Assembly (NCBI GenBank): GCA_964626665.1
Contig: CAZVGK010000007.1
Span: 39,533 to 103,532, forward strand
DNA: 64,000 bases
Source of the DNA: an uncultured Gemmatimonadota bacterium
Lineage (GTDB): Bacteria; SM23-81; DAOVCL01
Reading direction: 5' to 3'
Positions 50,432-61,860 of the stretch are shown here, piece after piece (within the stretch, counting starts at the first letter, position 1; each line of letters starts with the position of its first letter). A program made the position numbers and the translations under genes. Under the pieces are notes generated by a model. That model worked only from the letters and a program-made list of their open reading frames with translations, ran no database searches and had not been told where the DNA came from.

Positions 50432-53400
50432 ATGATGAAACCAGAAGAGACCTATCAAAATATAATCGAAAGGCTGATCTTTCTGCGGAGGCTCTATCTT
50501 TCCAATGCCCTTCTCTTTGGACTGGCCCTGCTTGTCATCGCCGGCCTTGGCTGGACTGGCCTGGGCCTGGCTTTGGAGCACCTCCTCTGGCTCCCCCCAG
50601 CCCCTAAGCTAATCCTGATTGGCTTAGCCATCCTTAGCTGCGGTTACTTACTGGTTCGGTTTACCTTAAAGCCGCTCATCAAGAGGCCCTCCCTACAGGA
50701 GATGGCCTTAATGGTGGAGGGGAAATTCCCTCAACTGGCCAACAGACTGGTGGCCACCATCCAGCTCTGGAAGAAGAAGAGGGAGAATCCGGAGGGCTAT
50801 TCCCTCCAGCTTATCGATGCCAATGCCCTGCAGGCCGGTAGGCTCTCCCTCCCCCTAAATTGGAAGAGAATTGTGGAGAGGCAACTAACTAAGAGGCTAA
50901 CAAGGTTAGCCCTTGGCTTAGGGATAGGTTTTATCCTCTGGGTTGGCCTGACTCCCTTCCCCACCCTTTCCACCTTCAACCGGTTAACTCATCCCGGGAC
51001 CAGGTTCCAGAGACCCCCCCAGACCATAGTTGAGGTGAAACCAGGCAATGCCCGGGTGCTTAAATCTTCAGACCTCCTGGTGGAGATAACTGCGCGGGGG
51101 AAGATCCCCCACAAGGCCCACTTACTCTGGAGGAGGGAAAAGGGGAGTTGGAAGGAGGAAGAACTCCCCGGGAAGGGAAAGTTCACCTACCTCTTTAAGG
51201 ACATCGAGGATTCCCTCCAATACCAGGCCCGGGCGGGGGATGCCCAAAGCCCCCTATACTGGATAAAGGTCACCGAGTTACCTAAGGTCTTGGGGTTAAA
51301 CTACAAATATACCTATCCCTCCTACACCGGACTGGGCACTCAGGAGTTCGCCGATGAGGGCAATATAGAAGCATTGGTGGGAACTGCCGTGGATATGAGA
51401 ATAAGGGCCAACAAACCGCTCAAATCAGCCCAAATAGTGGTGGACAATAAACTGCGGATTAATGCCCAACCACAGGAGGAGACGGCCACCGCCAGGATCA
51501 GCGTGCGAAAGGACAGAACCTACTACATAAAACTCCAAGACAGGGAGGAATATGAGAACAAAGACCCCATAGTTTACCGGATAAGGGCCCTAAAAGATCT
51601 CCCTCCATCAATAAAGATAACCGAACCCGGAGAGGATCGGGATCTGACAGAAGATATGCTCTTAAAGTTGCGCATTATCGGCAATGACGACTATGGACTT
51701 TCCAAACTCTTCCTCAGATACCAGGTAAAAAGCGGTGAAACTACCCAACCACCACAAAAGGAGAGGATAGAATTTGCGCCAGGGAAAACCCTCCAGACGG
51801 ATTGGCTTTGGGATCTATCCAAGCTAAACCTGCAACCAAACGACGTGGTCACCTATTGGGCCGAGGTCTGGGACAATGATTGGGTATCCGGCCCTAAGAA
51901 GGCAGAGAGCAAGAAGTATGCGATTCGTTTCCCCTCCTTAGAGGAGATAATCTCTGAGATAATGGGGGAGGAGGAGCAGCAAACAATAAGCCTGGAGGAC
52001 GCCATCAGGCAGGGCCGGGAGTTGAGCCAGAAGCTCGATCAGATTGCCCAGGATCTGCTCTCCCCCAAAAAGATGGACTGGGAGGAGAAAAAGGAGGTGC
52101 AATCCCTCTTAGAGAAGCAGCAGAAAATGGCCCAGCAGTTGGAGGATCTCTCCCAGAGGATGGACCAGACCCTTGACAAGCTGGAGAGGAACCAACTGGC
52201 CAGCCCTGAGGTTTTGGAGAAGCTCAGTGAGGTACAAAGGCTCTTAGAGGAAGTGTCCACCCCTGAGCTACGCAGGTTAATAAACAAAATCCAGGAGGCC
52301 ATCAAGAAGCTGAACAAGAACAGGCTCAGCTCCCAGATGGCCAACTATCAGATAACGCAAAAGGAAGTAACCGAGAACCTGGAACGCACCCTAAAGCTCT
52401 TAAAAAGAATTCAGATAGAGGAAAGGTTGGACACGGCCGCCAAACTGGCCCAAAGGTTGGCCCAACAACAGGAGGAGCTAACCGAGAAGACGGCCCAATC
52501 ATCCAAGGAGGAACTACCCTCCCTGGCTCAGGAGCAATCCAGGTTGCAGGAGGGGGGCAAAAGCCTCCAGGAGCAACTGCAGAAGCTTTCCCAATTGATG
52601 GCTGAATTTCCCCAGATGCCCTCCCAGAAGATGGCCCAATTGGCCAAATCTATGGAGTCAACCCTGCAGGATATGAAGAAGGCCAGCCAGAGCCTCTCCC
52701 AAGGCAACAGATCCCAAAGCCAGGCTATGCAGAGGAGGATCGGCAGCAGCCTCTCCCGTCTCTCCTCAAACCTGAGTTTCTTGCAAAATATGTTTAAGGC
52801 TCAGCAGAACCAAGAGGCCTTGGAGGAGATGAAGAGGGCCAAGAGGGCAATCCTCTTCCTTTCCCAGCAACAGGAAAACCTGATGAAGGCCTCCCAATCT
52901 CCCTCCAACCGATCCACCTTAAATCAACTGGCTGAAGACCAGTATAACCTCTCTCAGAGCTTAACCCAGGTGGCCAACCAGATATTCCGCACATCGGAAA
53001 AGAGCACCCACATCTCCCCCCAATTAGGGAGAAACATCGGGAACTCACTGAAGAAGATGGGGCAGGCGATAAAGGATTTAGAAAGGGGAAGCTCCAGAAG
53101 TGCCTCCCGGGCGCAAAAGGAATCTATGGCCTCCCTCAACCGGGCGGTTATCCAGCTTCAGCAGGCCTGTCAGTCGATGTGTTCCAGCAGTGGAGGAGGG
53201 GGGATGCAACAGCTCCTGCAGCAACTTCAAGCCTTAGCCCAGGGACAGGCCCAGCTTAACCAGGAGACCCTGGCTCAGTTACAGAAGGCCCTGGGGGGGA
53301 ACCTCTCCCAATTGGCCGCCCAACAGGAGGCGATAAGAAAATCCCTGGAGGAATTACAGAAGGAGTTCGGGGAGAGGTCGGAGATATTGGGGAGAATGGG

Positions 53401-53725
53401 TGAGCTGGCAGGTGAGATGAAAAAAGTGGAGAAGGAACTGGCCGGCCATAACCTTGACCAGAAGGTCCTTGATCATCAGCAGAGGATTCTCTCCCGACTC
53501 TTAGATGCCCAAAGGTCCCTCCATCGCCGGGACTACAGCAGGAAGAGGAGGGCCACCCCCGGTCAGGAGGTTGTCCGCCGCAGCCCCTCAGAGCTCCCCG
53601 CACAACTCACTGAGAAGAAGACCCACCCCAAGGAGGACCTCATCAGAGCTCTAAGAGATGAATACCCCCCTGAGTATCGGGAATTGATCAAGGCCTACTT
53701 TGAGGCCCTATCCAAGAACCAATGA
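50432..53725 (+). CDS. DUF4175-like membrane-anchored protein (TM helices, beta-rich region, Gln-rich coiled coil)
   Basis: DDYGLS, WDNDWVSGPK, RFPSLEEI, QQRILSRLLDAQRS, EYRELIKAYFEAL. Confidence 0.75.
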   Translation: MMKPEETYQNIIERLIFLRRLYLSNALLFGLALLVIAGLGWTGLGLALEHLLWLPPAPKLILIGLAILSCGYLLVRFTLKPLIKRPSLQEMALMVEGKFPQLANRLVATIQLWKKKRENPEGYSLQLIDANALQAGRLSLPLNWKRIVERQLTKRLTRLALGLGIGFILWVGLTPFPTLSTFNRLTHPGTRFQRPPQTIVEVKPGNARVLKSSDLLVEITARGKIPHKAHLLWRREKGSWKEEELPGKGKFTYLFKDIEDSLQYQARAGDAQSPLYWIKVTELPKVLGLNYKYTYPSYTGLGTQEFADEGNIEALVGTAVDMRIRANKPLKSAQIVVDNKLRINAQPQEETATARISVRKDRTYYIKLQDREEYENKDPIVYRIRALKDLPPSIKITEPGEDRDLTEDMLLKLRIIGNDDYGLSKLFLRYQVKSGETTQPPQKERIEFAPGKTLQTDWLWDLSKLNLQPNDVVTYWAEVWDNDWVSGPKKAESKKYAIRFPSLEEIISEIMGEEEQQTISLEDAIRQGRELSQKLDQIAQDLLSPKKMDWEEKKEVQSLLEKQQKMAQQLEDLSQRMDQTLDKLERNQLASPEVLEKLSEVQRLLEEVSTPELRRLINKIQEAIKKLNKNRLSSQMANYQITQKEVTENLERTLKLLKRIQIEERLDTAAKLAQRLAQQQEELTEKTAQSSKEELPSLAQEQSRLQEGGKSLQEQLQKLSQLMAEFPQMPSQKMAQLAKSMESTLQDMKKASQSLSQGNRSQSQAMQRRIGSSLSRLSSNLSFLQNMFKAQQNQEALEEMKRAKRAILFLSQQQENLMKASQSPSNRSTLNQLAEDQYNLSQSLTQVANQIFRTSEKSTHISPQLGRNIGNSLKKMGQAIKDLERGSSRSASRAQKESMASLNRAVIQLQQACQSMCSSSGGGGMQQLLQQLQALAQGQAQLNQETLAQLQKALGGNLSQLAAQQEAIRKSLEELQKEFGERSEILGRMGELAGEMKKVEKELAGHNLDQKVLDHQQRILSRLLDAQRSLHRRDYSRKRRATPGQEVVRRSPSELPAQLTEKKTHPKEDLIRALRDEYPPEYRELIKAYFEALSKNQ

Positions 53726-55500
53726 GAATTCCCCTAAAAATAGTCTTCCCTCTAACCTTAGCTCTTCTTATAATTTCCTCCAACAGTTGGGCCCGTAAGC
53801 CTTATGACTATCAACTGAGGCTTGCCGAGGGATACAGAAGGGCAGGGGATTACCCCAAGGCCCAGGCAATCTATGAGAGGCTTTATGCCTCCCATCCCCG
53901 GGATAGAAGGGTAAGGAAGGGGTTAAAGGAGGTCTATTTCCAGACGAAAAACTATGCCCAGCTCTCCGCTATCCTGAAGGAGGAGATAAAGGAGGATTCA
54001 CGAAATCCTATCCTCCACAAGGAACTTGGTCAGGTTCTCTTCTCCCTGGACAAGAGGGATGAAGCCAAAAAGGAATGGGAGAGGATAATCGAGCTCTCCC
54101 CCCAAAAGAGCAGCTCTTACTCTCTGGTCGCGGCCGAATATGTCAAGAGGGGGATGATTGAAGAGGCGATAAGAACCTATCTCCAGGGGAGGAAAACCCT
54201 GAATAAACCCCATATCTTCGGCCCGGAGCTGATCAACCTTTACGAGATCCAGGGTAGTTACGGGAGATCCACCCGGGAACAGATCTCCTGGCTACTGCAG
54301 AAGCCACAAAGGAGGTTCCGCCAGGTGAGGGAAAAACTAAGGGAGTATATAAATCAGGGAGGAGGAAAGGAGACGGTGGGAGCTCTGCGGGTTACCCTGG
54401 TGGATAGGCCGCAAGACCCCGATCTCAACCACCTGCTGGCTGATCTCCTTTCGGAGGTGGGCTTGCCTCAAGAGGCCCTCACCTACTATCAGAAGGCAGA
54501 CAGGCTAAAGGAGGAGAAGGGGAAACTCGTCCTCTCCTTTGCCCGGGAATCCCTAAGGAAAGGATACCCCGCTGTCTCCTTGGAGGCCTACGGATGGGTG
54601 CTGCAGAGACATCCTAAACTAAAGGTGGAAGCCACTATGGGAATGGGGGACTGTGAGCGGGGAATGGGACATCCTGAAAAGGCCGTGCGCAGATACCGAG
54701 AGGCGATGGAGAAATCCCCCAACAGGGACTTAACCGCGGAGGCCATCTATCGGCTGGGGATGGTGGAGCTGGAGGATCTGCGGGAGCCAGAAGCCGCGGC
54801 GGCCGATTTTGGCCGGATAATCAAAGAGTATAGCCGGACCAGACGGCATCCCTATGCCCTCCTCAGGGAAGGGGATTCCTACCTTTTGGTCAACCAGATG
54901 GACAAGGCTAAGGAGTTTTACCAATTAGTGAAACAAGGGTCTACCCTCAAGGAGGAAGCAAAGTTTAAGCTCTGCCAGATCCTTTACTTTGAGGGTAAGT
55001 TCGCTGAGGCGCAAAAGGACTTCAGTTCCTTAGCCAAGAAAGACCCTCAGGGGATCTATGCCAACGATGCCTTAGAGAAATCCATCTTCATAGAGGATCA
55101 TTTAGGTCGGGGGGGGATCCTGCACCAATTCGCGCAAGCAGAGCTGCTGAGCTGGCAGGGCAACTACGGTAAGGCCGCAGCTCTCTATCGCCAGGTAGCG
55201 GATATAGGGGACTCTACGGTCAGCGATTATGCCCTTTTCGGGCTGGCTCAGACCTTAGAGGGCGCCAAGAAATATGAAGAGGCCATAAAGGCCCTTCAGA
55301 GGCTGCAGCTTGATTATCCCCACAGCCAACTCGCCGATCGGGCCCAGGAGAGGATAGCCTACATCTGGCTAAAGGGGCTGAACAGCTCCTCCCAGGCCAT
55401 CGCTGCCCTCCAGGAGCTCCTCACCAAATATCCTCAAAGCATATTAGCAGATGAGGCCCGCACCAGGATCAGAAGGCTGAAAGGATCCTCTCTGCCGTAG
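53722..55500 (+). CDS. Exported tetratricopeptide repeat protein
   Basis: Signal peptide, many TPR-like repeats, ANDALE, YPQSILADEARTRIRRL; ATGA overlap. Confidence 0.85.
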   Translation: MRIPLKIVFPLTLALLIISSNSWARKPYDYQLRLAEGYRRAGDYPKAQAIYERLYASHPRDRRVRKGLKEVYFQTKNYAQLSAILKEEIKEDSRNPILHKELGQVLFSLDKRDEAKKEWERIIELSPQKSSSYSLVAAEYVKRGMIEEAIRTYLQGRKTLNKPHIFGPELINLYEIQGSYGRSTREQISWLLQKPQRRFRQVREKLREYINQGGGKETVGALRVTLVDRPQDPDLNHLLADLLSEVGLPQEALTYYQKADRLKEEKGKLVLSFARESLRKGYPAVSLEAYGWVLQRHPKLKVEATMGMGDCERGMGHPEKAVRRYREAMEKSPNRDLTAEAIYRLGMVELEDLREPEAAAADFGRIIKEYSRTRRHPYALLREGDSYLLVNQMDKAKEFYQLVKQGSTLKEEAKFKLCQILYFEGKFAEAQKDFSSLAKKDPQGIYANDALEKSIFIEDHLGRGGILHQFAQAELLSWQGNYGKAAALYRQVADIGDSTVSDYALFGLAQTLEGAKKYEEAIKALQRLQLDYPHSQLADRAQERIAYIWLKGLNSSSQAIAALQELLTKYPQSILADEARTRIRRLKGSSLP

Positions 55501-55872
55501 CAAGGAAATTCGAATGTATAATTAAGAATTAAGAATTGAGAATTAAGAATGAAAGGAACCCCACCCCGGCTGTGGGGAGGGGTCTGTGCTCGTTGGGGAT
55601 GTTATCATCCCCAACCCTCTGATAGAGATTGTAAGAAAGGTCTCCTACTTCGATTGTCGGCATCAGGAGATACCTTCCACATCAAGGAAGGTCCTCTCTC
55701 GGCCAGGCACACCTGTCATTGCGAGGCGCTGAAAGTGCCGAAGCAATCTATCTGAAGATTGCTCATTTCCCCTCACCTGCCCCGACGGAGGAACCCCCTT
55801 TGTGGATGATAACATCCACAAAGAGCAGGGTTCTGCTGAAGTAACTGCAAGCCACGTCCGTTCAGCCGTAAT

Positions 55873-55927
55873 GTAGGGGTACGATTTATCGAATCCGTAA
55901 AGCGGGGCGGGTGAATCCGACCCCTAC
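55873..55927. repeat. GTAG-type REP doublet
   Basis: GTAGGGGTACGATTTATCGAATCC...GGGTGAATCCGACCCCTAC. Confidence 0.65.
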
Positions 55928-56215
55928 AAAAATCCCTGTTGTTTTGGACCTCCCGCAGGTTTGAAATCTGCGGGAGGTTATTGTCTTCAGGCACCCCCAC
56001 GGGCAAAGATGGAGAGGCCAAAATGGGGTTGACAAACTTGGCTCAATCGTTATTTTGCTCCCGCTGCCAGTTACCTCTCGCTACCCATTACTATTAGTTC
56101 ACCACGGACTATGCCCAGAAAAGTAAGAATCAGCATAAACCTCATTTTTAATTCTTAATTCTCAATTGCTTTTTTCTGTGAGATTCCGTGGTGAGTTCTT
56201 AAAAAAGAAAAATCT

Positions 56216-58072
56216 ATGCCACTCCTGAAAAAAGAGCTTGGCTTGCTGGACATCTTTTGCATAGCATCGGGGGCTATGATCAGTTCGGGTTTGTTTATCC
56301 TGCCGGCCCTGGCTTATGCGCAGTCCGGCCCAGCCGTCATCCTCTCCTATGTCTTAGCGGGCATTATGCTTGTCCCCACTATGTTGGCCAAAGCCGAACT
56401 CTCCACCGCTATGCCGAAGGCAGGTGGGGACTATTTCTTCATAGAGCGAAGCATGGGGGCTGCCCCCGGCACCTTTGGGGGGTTGGCCACCTGGCTCTCC
56501 CTGAGCCTGAAGAGCGCCTTCGCCCTATTAGGGATAGGGATATTTGCCCTGCTCCTGAGCCCAAGCATCACGCCACTGCAAGTAAAGCTAATCGCTATCT
56601 GCTTTTGTATTCTCTTCACCTTCGTGAACCTAATTGGCGTTAAAAAGACTGGCAGACTCCAGATTTTCCTGGTCCTGGGACTCATCGGCATACTCGTATT
56701 CTACATTCTCCGGGGGATACTCTCCATTCAACCGCAAAGGTATCTCCCCTTTGCCCCTTACGGCTGGGGCTCGGTCTTTTCCACTGCGGGCCTTGTCTTC
56801 ATCTCCTATGCGGGGTTAACGAAGATCGCCTCTGTGGCCGAGGAGGTCAAAAACCCAGGCCACAACATCCCTTTGGGGATGTTCCTCTCTTTTAGCGTCA
56901 TTACGCTCCTCTATGTGCTGGTTATCTTCACCACCGTTGGCCTCCTCGATCCCTCCCTGCTCAGTCACTCCCTCACCCCTATCTCTTTGGGGGCCAAAGC
57001 GTTTGCCGGAAAAGGAGGGGAGGCAATACTGGCGGTTGCTGCCCTCTTAGCATTTGTCTCCACCGCCAATGCCGGCATCCTCTCGGCTTCCCGTAACCCC
57101 TTGGCTATGAGCAGGGATCAACTCCTACCCCACTTCTTGGCTAAAGTCAACTCTAAATTCCAGACCCCACATCACTCCATCATCTTCACCGGCGCCTTTA
57201 TGATATTGGCCATCTTGCTATTAGACCTGAAAGACCTGGTAGAAACCGCCTCGACGACGATGATCCTTTTGTTTCTCCTTGTCAACCTATCCTTGATAAT
57301 TATGCGGGAGAGCAAGATCCGCAATTATCAGCCGAAGTTCAAATCACCCCTCTATCCCTGGATTCAGATTCTGGGGATAATTGGCTATGGGTTCCTCCTC
57401 CTGGAAATGGGCAGAACCTCACTTTTCATAACCGGTGGCTTTGCCGCCTGTGGGCTTGTCTGGTATGGAATATATGCGCGGCCCCGCACGAATCGGCGAT
57501 CCGCGCTCATCCATATCGTCGAACGGGTTACCGCCAGGGAATTGGCCGGCCACACCCTGGAAAACGAACTCAAAGAGATCCTAATGGAACGGGACAATAT
57601 CATCGAGGACAGGTTTGATAAGCTGATCAAGGGATGCAAAATCTTAGATATTCCAGGGTCCCCTCGGATGGAAGAGTTCTTTAAACTGGTTGCCCAAACC
57701 CTCTCCCCCCGGCTTGAGGTCGATAAAGAGGAGCTCTGCAACCTGCTTAGGAAAAGGGAAGCCGCATCTACCACCGCCATCCACCCTGGGCTGGCTATAC
57801 CACATATCATCGTTGATGGGACCCAAAAGTTCGCAATCCTCTTGGCCCGTTGCCAGCAGGGGATAAGCTTTTCCCCGACCCTTCCACCTGTGCGCATCGT
57901 CTTTGTCCTGGTGGGTTCCCCAGACGAGCGGAACTTCCATCTGAGGGCCCTGATGGCCATTGCCCAAATTGTCCAAGAGCCAGACTTTGAAAGGAACTTC
58001 TTGCAGGCCAGGGATGTGGAGGAGCTGAGAAACATCATCCTCCTATCCAGTAGAAGGCGAGAGGCGCAATAG
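56216..58072 (+). CDS. APC-family amino acid permease fused to PTS EIIA (PtsN-like) domain
   Basis: ASGAMISSGLF, AELSTAMPKAGG, VAEEVKNP, AMSRDQLLP; C-terminal TTAIHPGLAIPH and NFHLRAL. Confidence 0.9.
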   Translation: MPLLKKELGLLDIFCIASGAMISSGLFILPALAYAQSGPAVILSYVLAGIMLVPTMLAKAELSTAMPKAGGDYFFIERSMGAAPGTFGGLATWLSLSLKSAFALLGIGIFALLLSPSITPLQVKLIAICFCILFTFVNLIGVKKTGRLQIFLVLGLIGILVFYILRGILSIQPQRYLPFAPYGWGSVFSTAGLVFISYAGLTKIASVAEEVKNPGHNIPLGMFLSFSVITLLYVLVIFTTVGLLDPSLLSHSLTPISLGAKAFAGKGGEAILAVAALLAFVSTANAGILSASRNPLAMSRDQLLPHFLAKVNSKFQTPHHSIIFTGAFMILAILLLDLKDLVETASTTMILLFLLVNLSLIIMRESKIRNYQPKFKSPLYPWIQILGIIGYGFLLLEMGRTSLFITGGFAACGLVWYGIYARPRTNRRSALIHIVERVTARELAGHTLENELKEILMERDNIIEDRFDKLIKGCKILDIPGSPRMEEFFKLVAQTLSPRLEVDKEELCNLLRKREAASTTAIHPGLAIPHIIVDGTQKFAILLARCQQGISFSPTLPPVRIVFVLVGSPDERNFHLRALMAIAQIVQEPDFERNFLQARDVEELRNIILLSSRRREAQ

Positions 58073-58087
58073 TCTCGGACACCCTTA

Positions 58088-58123
58088 GAAAAATAGGAAA
58101 AATAGGAAAAATAGGAAAAATAG
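58088..58123. repeat. Tandem 9-mer GAAAAATAG x4
   Basis: Four exact copies leading into GGACACTTCCTATTTT; similar run at 26210-26240. Confidence 0.85.
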
Positions 58124-58359
58124 GGACACTTCCTATTTTCTGTGCTGGTAGGGCTCCTGCCCTACCAGAAAGTCCTCCTTTTCAAGTGCTGTCAGGAGTT
58201 ACCTCCTGACAGCAGGAGTCCCTTTGTGGATGATAACGTCCACAAAGAGCAAGGTGACATAGCGCGGCAGAGCTGCAACCAAATCAAAGCCACAGATTAC
58301 ACGGATTTCATTGATAGAAAAAACTACTATCGGAGATCGTCGCTGGTCATCCACCGCGG

Positions 58360-58411
58360 GTAGGGGCTTGATCTATCAAGCCCGGTCGGGTCGCATAAAT
58401 GCGACCCCTAC
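58360..58411. repeat. GTAG-type REP doublet
   Basis: GTAGGGGCTTGATCTATCAAGCCC...GGGTCGCATAAATGCGACCCCTAC. Confidence 0.7.
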
Positions 58412-58413
58412 AC

Positions 58414-58571
58414 TTCTACTCCCGCTAAAGGGGGGATAACCTCTCCTGGGCTCTAGCCTAGGATCCCCTGCGGACAGATCTTTAGACCTGTTCCTTCGAT
58501 GCTTTCCAACGGGGTTTTTAGCTCCCAAAAGGGGCCTAAAGGCCCTGAACCCGCACTAAAGTTCGGTAGAA
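58414..58571. mobile_element. TTCTAC...GTAGAA miniature element
   Basis: TTCTACTCCCGCTAAAG...CCCGCACTAAAGTTCGGTAGAA. Confidence 0.7.
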
Positions 58572-58682
58572 GTTGACTACTCAAGCGACCTGAAGAACTT
58601 TGCTCAAAAAACAAGATCTTGCAAGATTGTATTACAGAGACCGCCGAAGAAACTATCGCTCCCCTGCAAAAGCCATAGAATC

Positions 58683-58758
58683 GGTAGCCGCAGGCTTTAG
58701 CCTGCGAAAAGTAACCCTATAAATCAATCACTTACGCAACCTAAAGGTTGCGACTACC
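58683..58758. repeat. GGTAG-type REP doublet
   Basis: GGTAGCCGCAGGCTTTAGCCTGCG...CGCAACCTAAAGGTTGCGACTACC; degenerate copy at about 46163-46216. Confidence 0.7.
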
Positions 58759-58803
58759 CTATCTTTCGACCTTTTTGCAGTGCAGTCAATTATATAATCT
58801 ATA

Positions 58804-59205
58804 ATGATGGTTCAATATCAGTTGGCCAAACCGTTACTCTTCCTCCTGATCCTCTCCGGCTGCAGGAACTCCCATCTGCCAAGGGAGGCGTCCGAAAGGG
58901 AGGGGGAGGCAATACTCTACAAAGTCAAGAATTACCTCCAGAGGGAGAAGACCTCTTATCCAGGAAATGACAGACCAATTTTTGAGAAGGTAGAGATCGT
59001 TCGTTGTGACTTAAAAACCCCTTTGCAAAAGAAACTCATATTCTTCGATGGCTTAGAGAAAGGATTTGTAGATAGCCTCAAGGGCAAAAAGGGGGAATTC
59101 TACTTTGTGGGGTTTCCCACCAGTTCGCATCAGGGAATTATTGTGGCGGTAGAACCTGGAGAAATCACTCCCATCGCCTCCGGATTTTACTTCATCGATG
59201 AATAG
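58804..59205 (+). CDS. Hypothetical lipoprotein
   Basis: Hydrophobic leader with lipobox LSGC; overlaps next gene. Confidence 0.6.
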   Translation: MMVQYQLAKPLLFLLILSGCRNSHLPREASEREGEAILYKVKNYLQREKTSYPGNDRPIFEKVEIVRCDLKTPLQKKLIFFDGLEKGFVDSLKGKKGEFYFVGFPTSSHQGIIVAVEPGEITPIASGFYFIDE

Positions 59206-59692
59206 GATGGCCACCAACTGGGAAGAGATAAAGAAGAGGCTTGCCGAGGTAATTAAGGGGAAAGTGGTCATCTTAGGGGTGGGAAATGACCTGCGGGGGG
59301 ATGATGGCTTCGGTTCCCTTTTGGCTAAGGGATTAAAAGAAAAGGTTAAAGGGGTAATCTTTGATGGAGGGAAATCGCCTGAAAATTACATCGGGAAGAT
59401 AATCAAAGAGAGGCCGGATAGCATATTGATCGTAGATGCTTTGGATACGGGCAGCAGCCCTGGGGAGGTAACTATCCGGGAGCCGGAGGAGTTGAGAGGG
59501 GAAGAGTTCTCCACCCACCATCTATCTCTTCCCCTCATGGCCTCAGTCCTTCAGTCGGAGACCAGGGCTAAGATCCACGTCATTGGAGTACAACCTGTGA
59601 GAATCAAGTTTGGAGAAGGTTTATCCCTCCCGATGGAGAGGGTCTTGGAGAGGCTGAGGAAAACCTTAATAGAGATCTTAGCTGAGGTTTAG
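59198..59692 (+). CDS. Hydrogenase maturation protease (HycI-like)
   Basis: [33 protein letters not shown]; start may be 59207. Confidence 0.9.
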   Translation: MNRMATNWEEIKKRLAEVIKGKVVILGVGNDLRGDDGFGSLLAKGLKEKVKGVIFDGGKSPENYIGKIIKERPDSILIVDALDTGSSPGEVTIREPEELRGEEFSTHHLSLPLMASVLQSETRAKIHVIGVQPVRIKFGEGLSLPMERVLERLRKTLIEILAEV

Positions 59693-59998
59693 CCCAGGTA
59701 TCTTCAGACCTCCGGTGAGCTTAGCCATCTCCTCAGCAGCTAAATCCTGGGACTTCTTCAGGGCCTGATTGACCGCGGCCACGATTAGATCCTCCAACAT
59801 CTCCACATCATTGGGATCAACCACCTCGGGCTCAAGCTTAACCTCCAAGATCTCCTGGGTGCCATTGGCCATTACGGTTACCATCCCTCCCCCGGTGGAG
59901 GCCTCCACCTTCTTCTCCCCCAATTCCCTCTTCAGTTCATCCATCCTTACCTGCATCTTCTGGGCCTGTTTGATGATCCCATTCAGACCTTTCATCAT
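59678..59998 (-). CDS. ybaB: YbaB/EbfC nucleoid-associated protein
   Basis: [30 protein letters not shown]; follows dnaX. Confidence 0.95.
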   Translation of the reverse strand: MMKGLNGIIKQAQKMQVRMDELKRELGEKKVEASTGGGMVTVMANGTQEILEVKLEPEVVDPNDVEMLEDLIVAAVNQALKKSQDLAAEEMAKLTGGLKIPGLNLS

Positions 59999-61575
59999 TT
60001 CTCCTTCTTGGGTTTAGTCTCCACTATCTGGCCATCGAAGATATCTAAAACCTTCTCCACTATCGGCTCTTTCTCTACAATCCGCGAAAGATGTGGTGAC
60101 CTGGCTGCCCCCTCAGGCATTGGGGGCTGGGATACTTCTTCCTCTTTTCCCTCCACTTCCAGGGTTATCTTCTTCCCCAAGATTTTTGAGGCCTCCTCCT
60201 CAATGAGCTTACGATTCTTGGGTTGAACCACCTGCTTGCGGTGAAAATTGTGATTGTTATAGAAGACAACCTTGATCTTCCCCCCCTCCTCTCCTAAGTA
60301 GTTCCCTTCCGCCAGGAGGGTCCCCAAGGAGATCTTGCGTGCCTTAACCCTGGCCAACAGCTTCTCCCAGGTTCCACTGCCTGAGCGTTTCTCCCCGGGA
60401 CGATGGGAGGATACCTCCTCAATTTTCCCAGGTTTAACCTCTTTTGGGGGAGAGGGATTTGCTCCCAGCCTGTTTAGTATATCTTCTAAACGCACGGTGG
60501 AGTCAAGCTTAGCCATCTTCACCACTGCCAGATCCAGGTCTAATCTGGGCTGAGAGCTCCTTTTGGCCTCCCTTTCCGCATCCTGGGCTATCTTAATCAG
60601 CCTCAACAGATGGCCCTCATCTATATCCTGGGCCTCTTCCCTATATCTCTTCTCCTCCTCGGGGGAGAGATCCAATGGTTGGGAAAGACTGGAGAGAAGA
60701 AGGTTCCTCAGATGGCCAACCAAACTTTGGATAAATTCCAGGAGATCATATCCCTGGGCCTCCACCTCCTCCAATATGCCCAAACCCTTTGCTGCATCCC
60801 CCTGGCTAATGGCCCGGGTAAGCTCAAAGAGCACATCCTGGTCGATGAGGCCAAGTATCTCCTCTAAATCCTTCTGGGTAATCCTTCCCCCCTGGTAGGA
60901 GATTATTTGATCAAAGATGCTTTGGCTATCCCTCATACTCCCCTCTGCCCTCTTGGCAATGGTCAAAAGGGCCTTCTCCTCCACCTCTATCCCCTCCTTG
61001 GTGGCTATGAAGGAGAGATGCTGAGCGATCTCCTTTGTGGGTATGTGATGAAAGTCAAACCGCAGACAGCGGGAGATAATGGTAGAGGGGATTTTTTGCG
61101 GTTGGGTTGTGGCCAGGATGAAGATGACATGGGCTGGGGGCTCCTCCAAGGTCTTCAAGAGGGCATTAAAGGCCGGAGGGGTGAGCATATGCACCTCGTC
61201 AATTATGTAAACCTTGTATCTGCCGCCACTGGGGGCATACTTAACATTCTCCCTTAGGTTGCGGATCTCCTCTATCCCCCGGTTGGAGGCCCCATCTATC
61301 TCCAGCACATCAAGGCTATTCCCTTTGGTTATCTCCACACAGGAACGGCATTTATTGCAGGGAGTAGGAGTAGGGCCCTGCTCACAATTCACGGCCTTGG
61401 CCAGGATGCGGGCAGTTGTTGTCTTCCCCACCCCGCGGGGACCAGTAAAAAGATAAGAGTGCGCTATTCTTTTTTGTTTAATGGCGTTCTTCAGGGTAGT
61501 AGTTATATGCTTCTGGGCTACCACCTCATCGAACTGCTGGGGACGCCATTTACGGGCTAAAACGAGATAGGACAT
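59995..61575 (-). CDS. dnaX: DNA polymerase III gamma/tau subunit
   Basis: [16 protein letters not shown], Zn Cys cluster, [30 protein letters not shown]. Confidence 0.97.
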   Translation of the reverse strand: MSYLVLARKWRPQQFDEVVAQKHITTTLKNAIKQKRIAHSYLFTGPRGVGKTTTARILAKAVNCEQGPTPTPCNKCRSCVEITKGNSLDVLEIDGASNRGIEEIRNLRENVKYAPSGGRYKVYIIDEVHMLTPPAFNALLKTLEEPPAHVIFILATTQPQKIPSTIISRCLRFDFHHIPTKEIAQHLSFIATKEGIEVEEKALLTIAKRAEGSMRDSQSIFDQIISYQGGRITQKDLEEILGLIDQDVLFELTRAISQGDAAKGLGILEEVEAQGYDLLEFIQSLVGHLRNLLLSSLSQPLDLSPEEEKRYREEAQDIDEGHLLRLIKIAQDAEREAKRSSQPRLDLDLAVVKMAKLDSTVRLEDILNRLGANPSPPKEVKPGKIEEVSSHRPGEKRSGSGTWEKLLARVKARKISLGTLLAEGNYLGEEGGKIKVVFYNNHNFHRKQVVQPKNRKLIEEEASKILGKKITLEVEGKEEEVSQPPMPEGAARSPHLSRIVEKEPIVEKVLDIFDGQIVETKPKKEK

Positions 61576-61860
61576 ACCTCACCGTTGAACTTATCTGACG
61601 GGATATACAGGATTTACAGGATTTTTATTCAAGAAACGTCGAACAACACCGAAACTACAGAAAAGTTACAACCCGCATTCTTCTATGGCATTTCTAATTA
61701 TTCAGAGATTTTCAACCTTTAATGAATGTTGTATATCCTGTTCATCTTGTCTATCCTGTCTAAAAATGGAAATTCTTAATGCTTTCAAGTTTTTCCAATT
61801 CACGGCCTTCTCATTCATTAGGAAAGCCGAAGCCTCAACATCTATGATAAAAAATCTAAT

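Noticed and set aside
57385-58038. 217-aa minus-strand ORF
   Set aside because: Antisense shadow of the APC-EIIA gene
61469-61475. A6G run in dnaX as gamma-subunit frameshift site
   Set aside because: Wrong codon phase (CAA AAA AGA) and near codon 35, far too early
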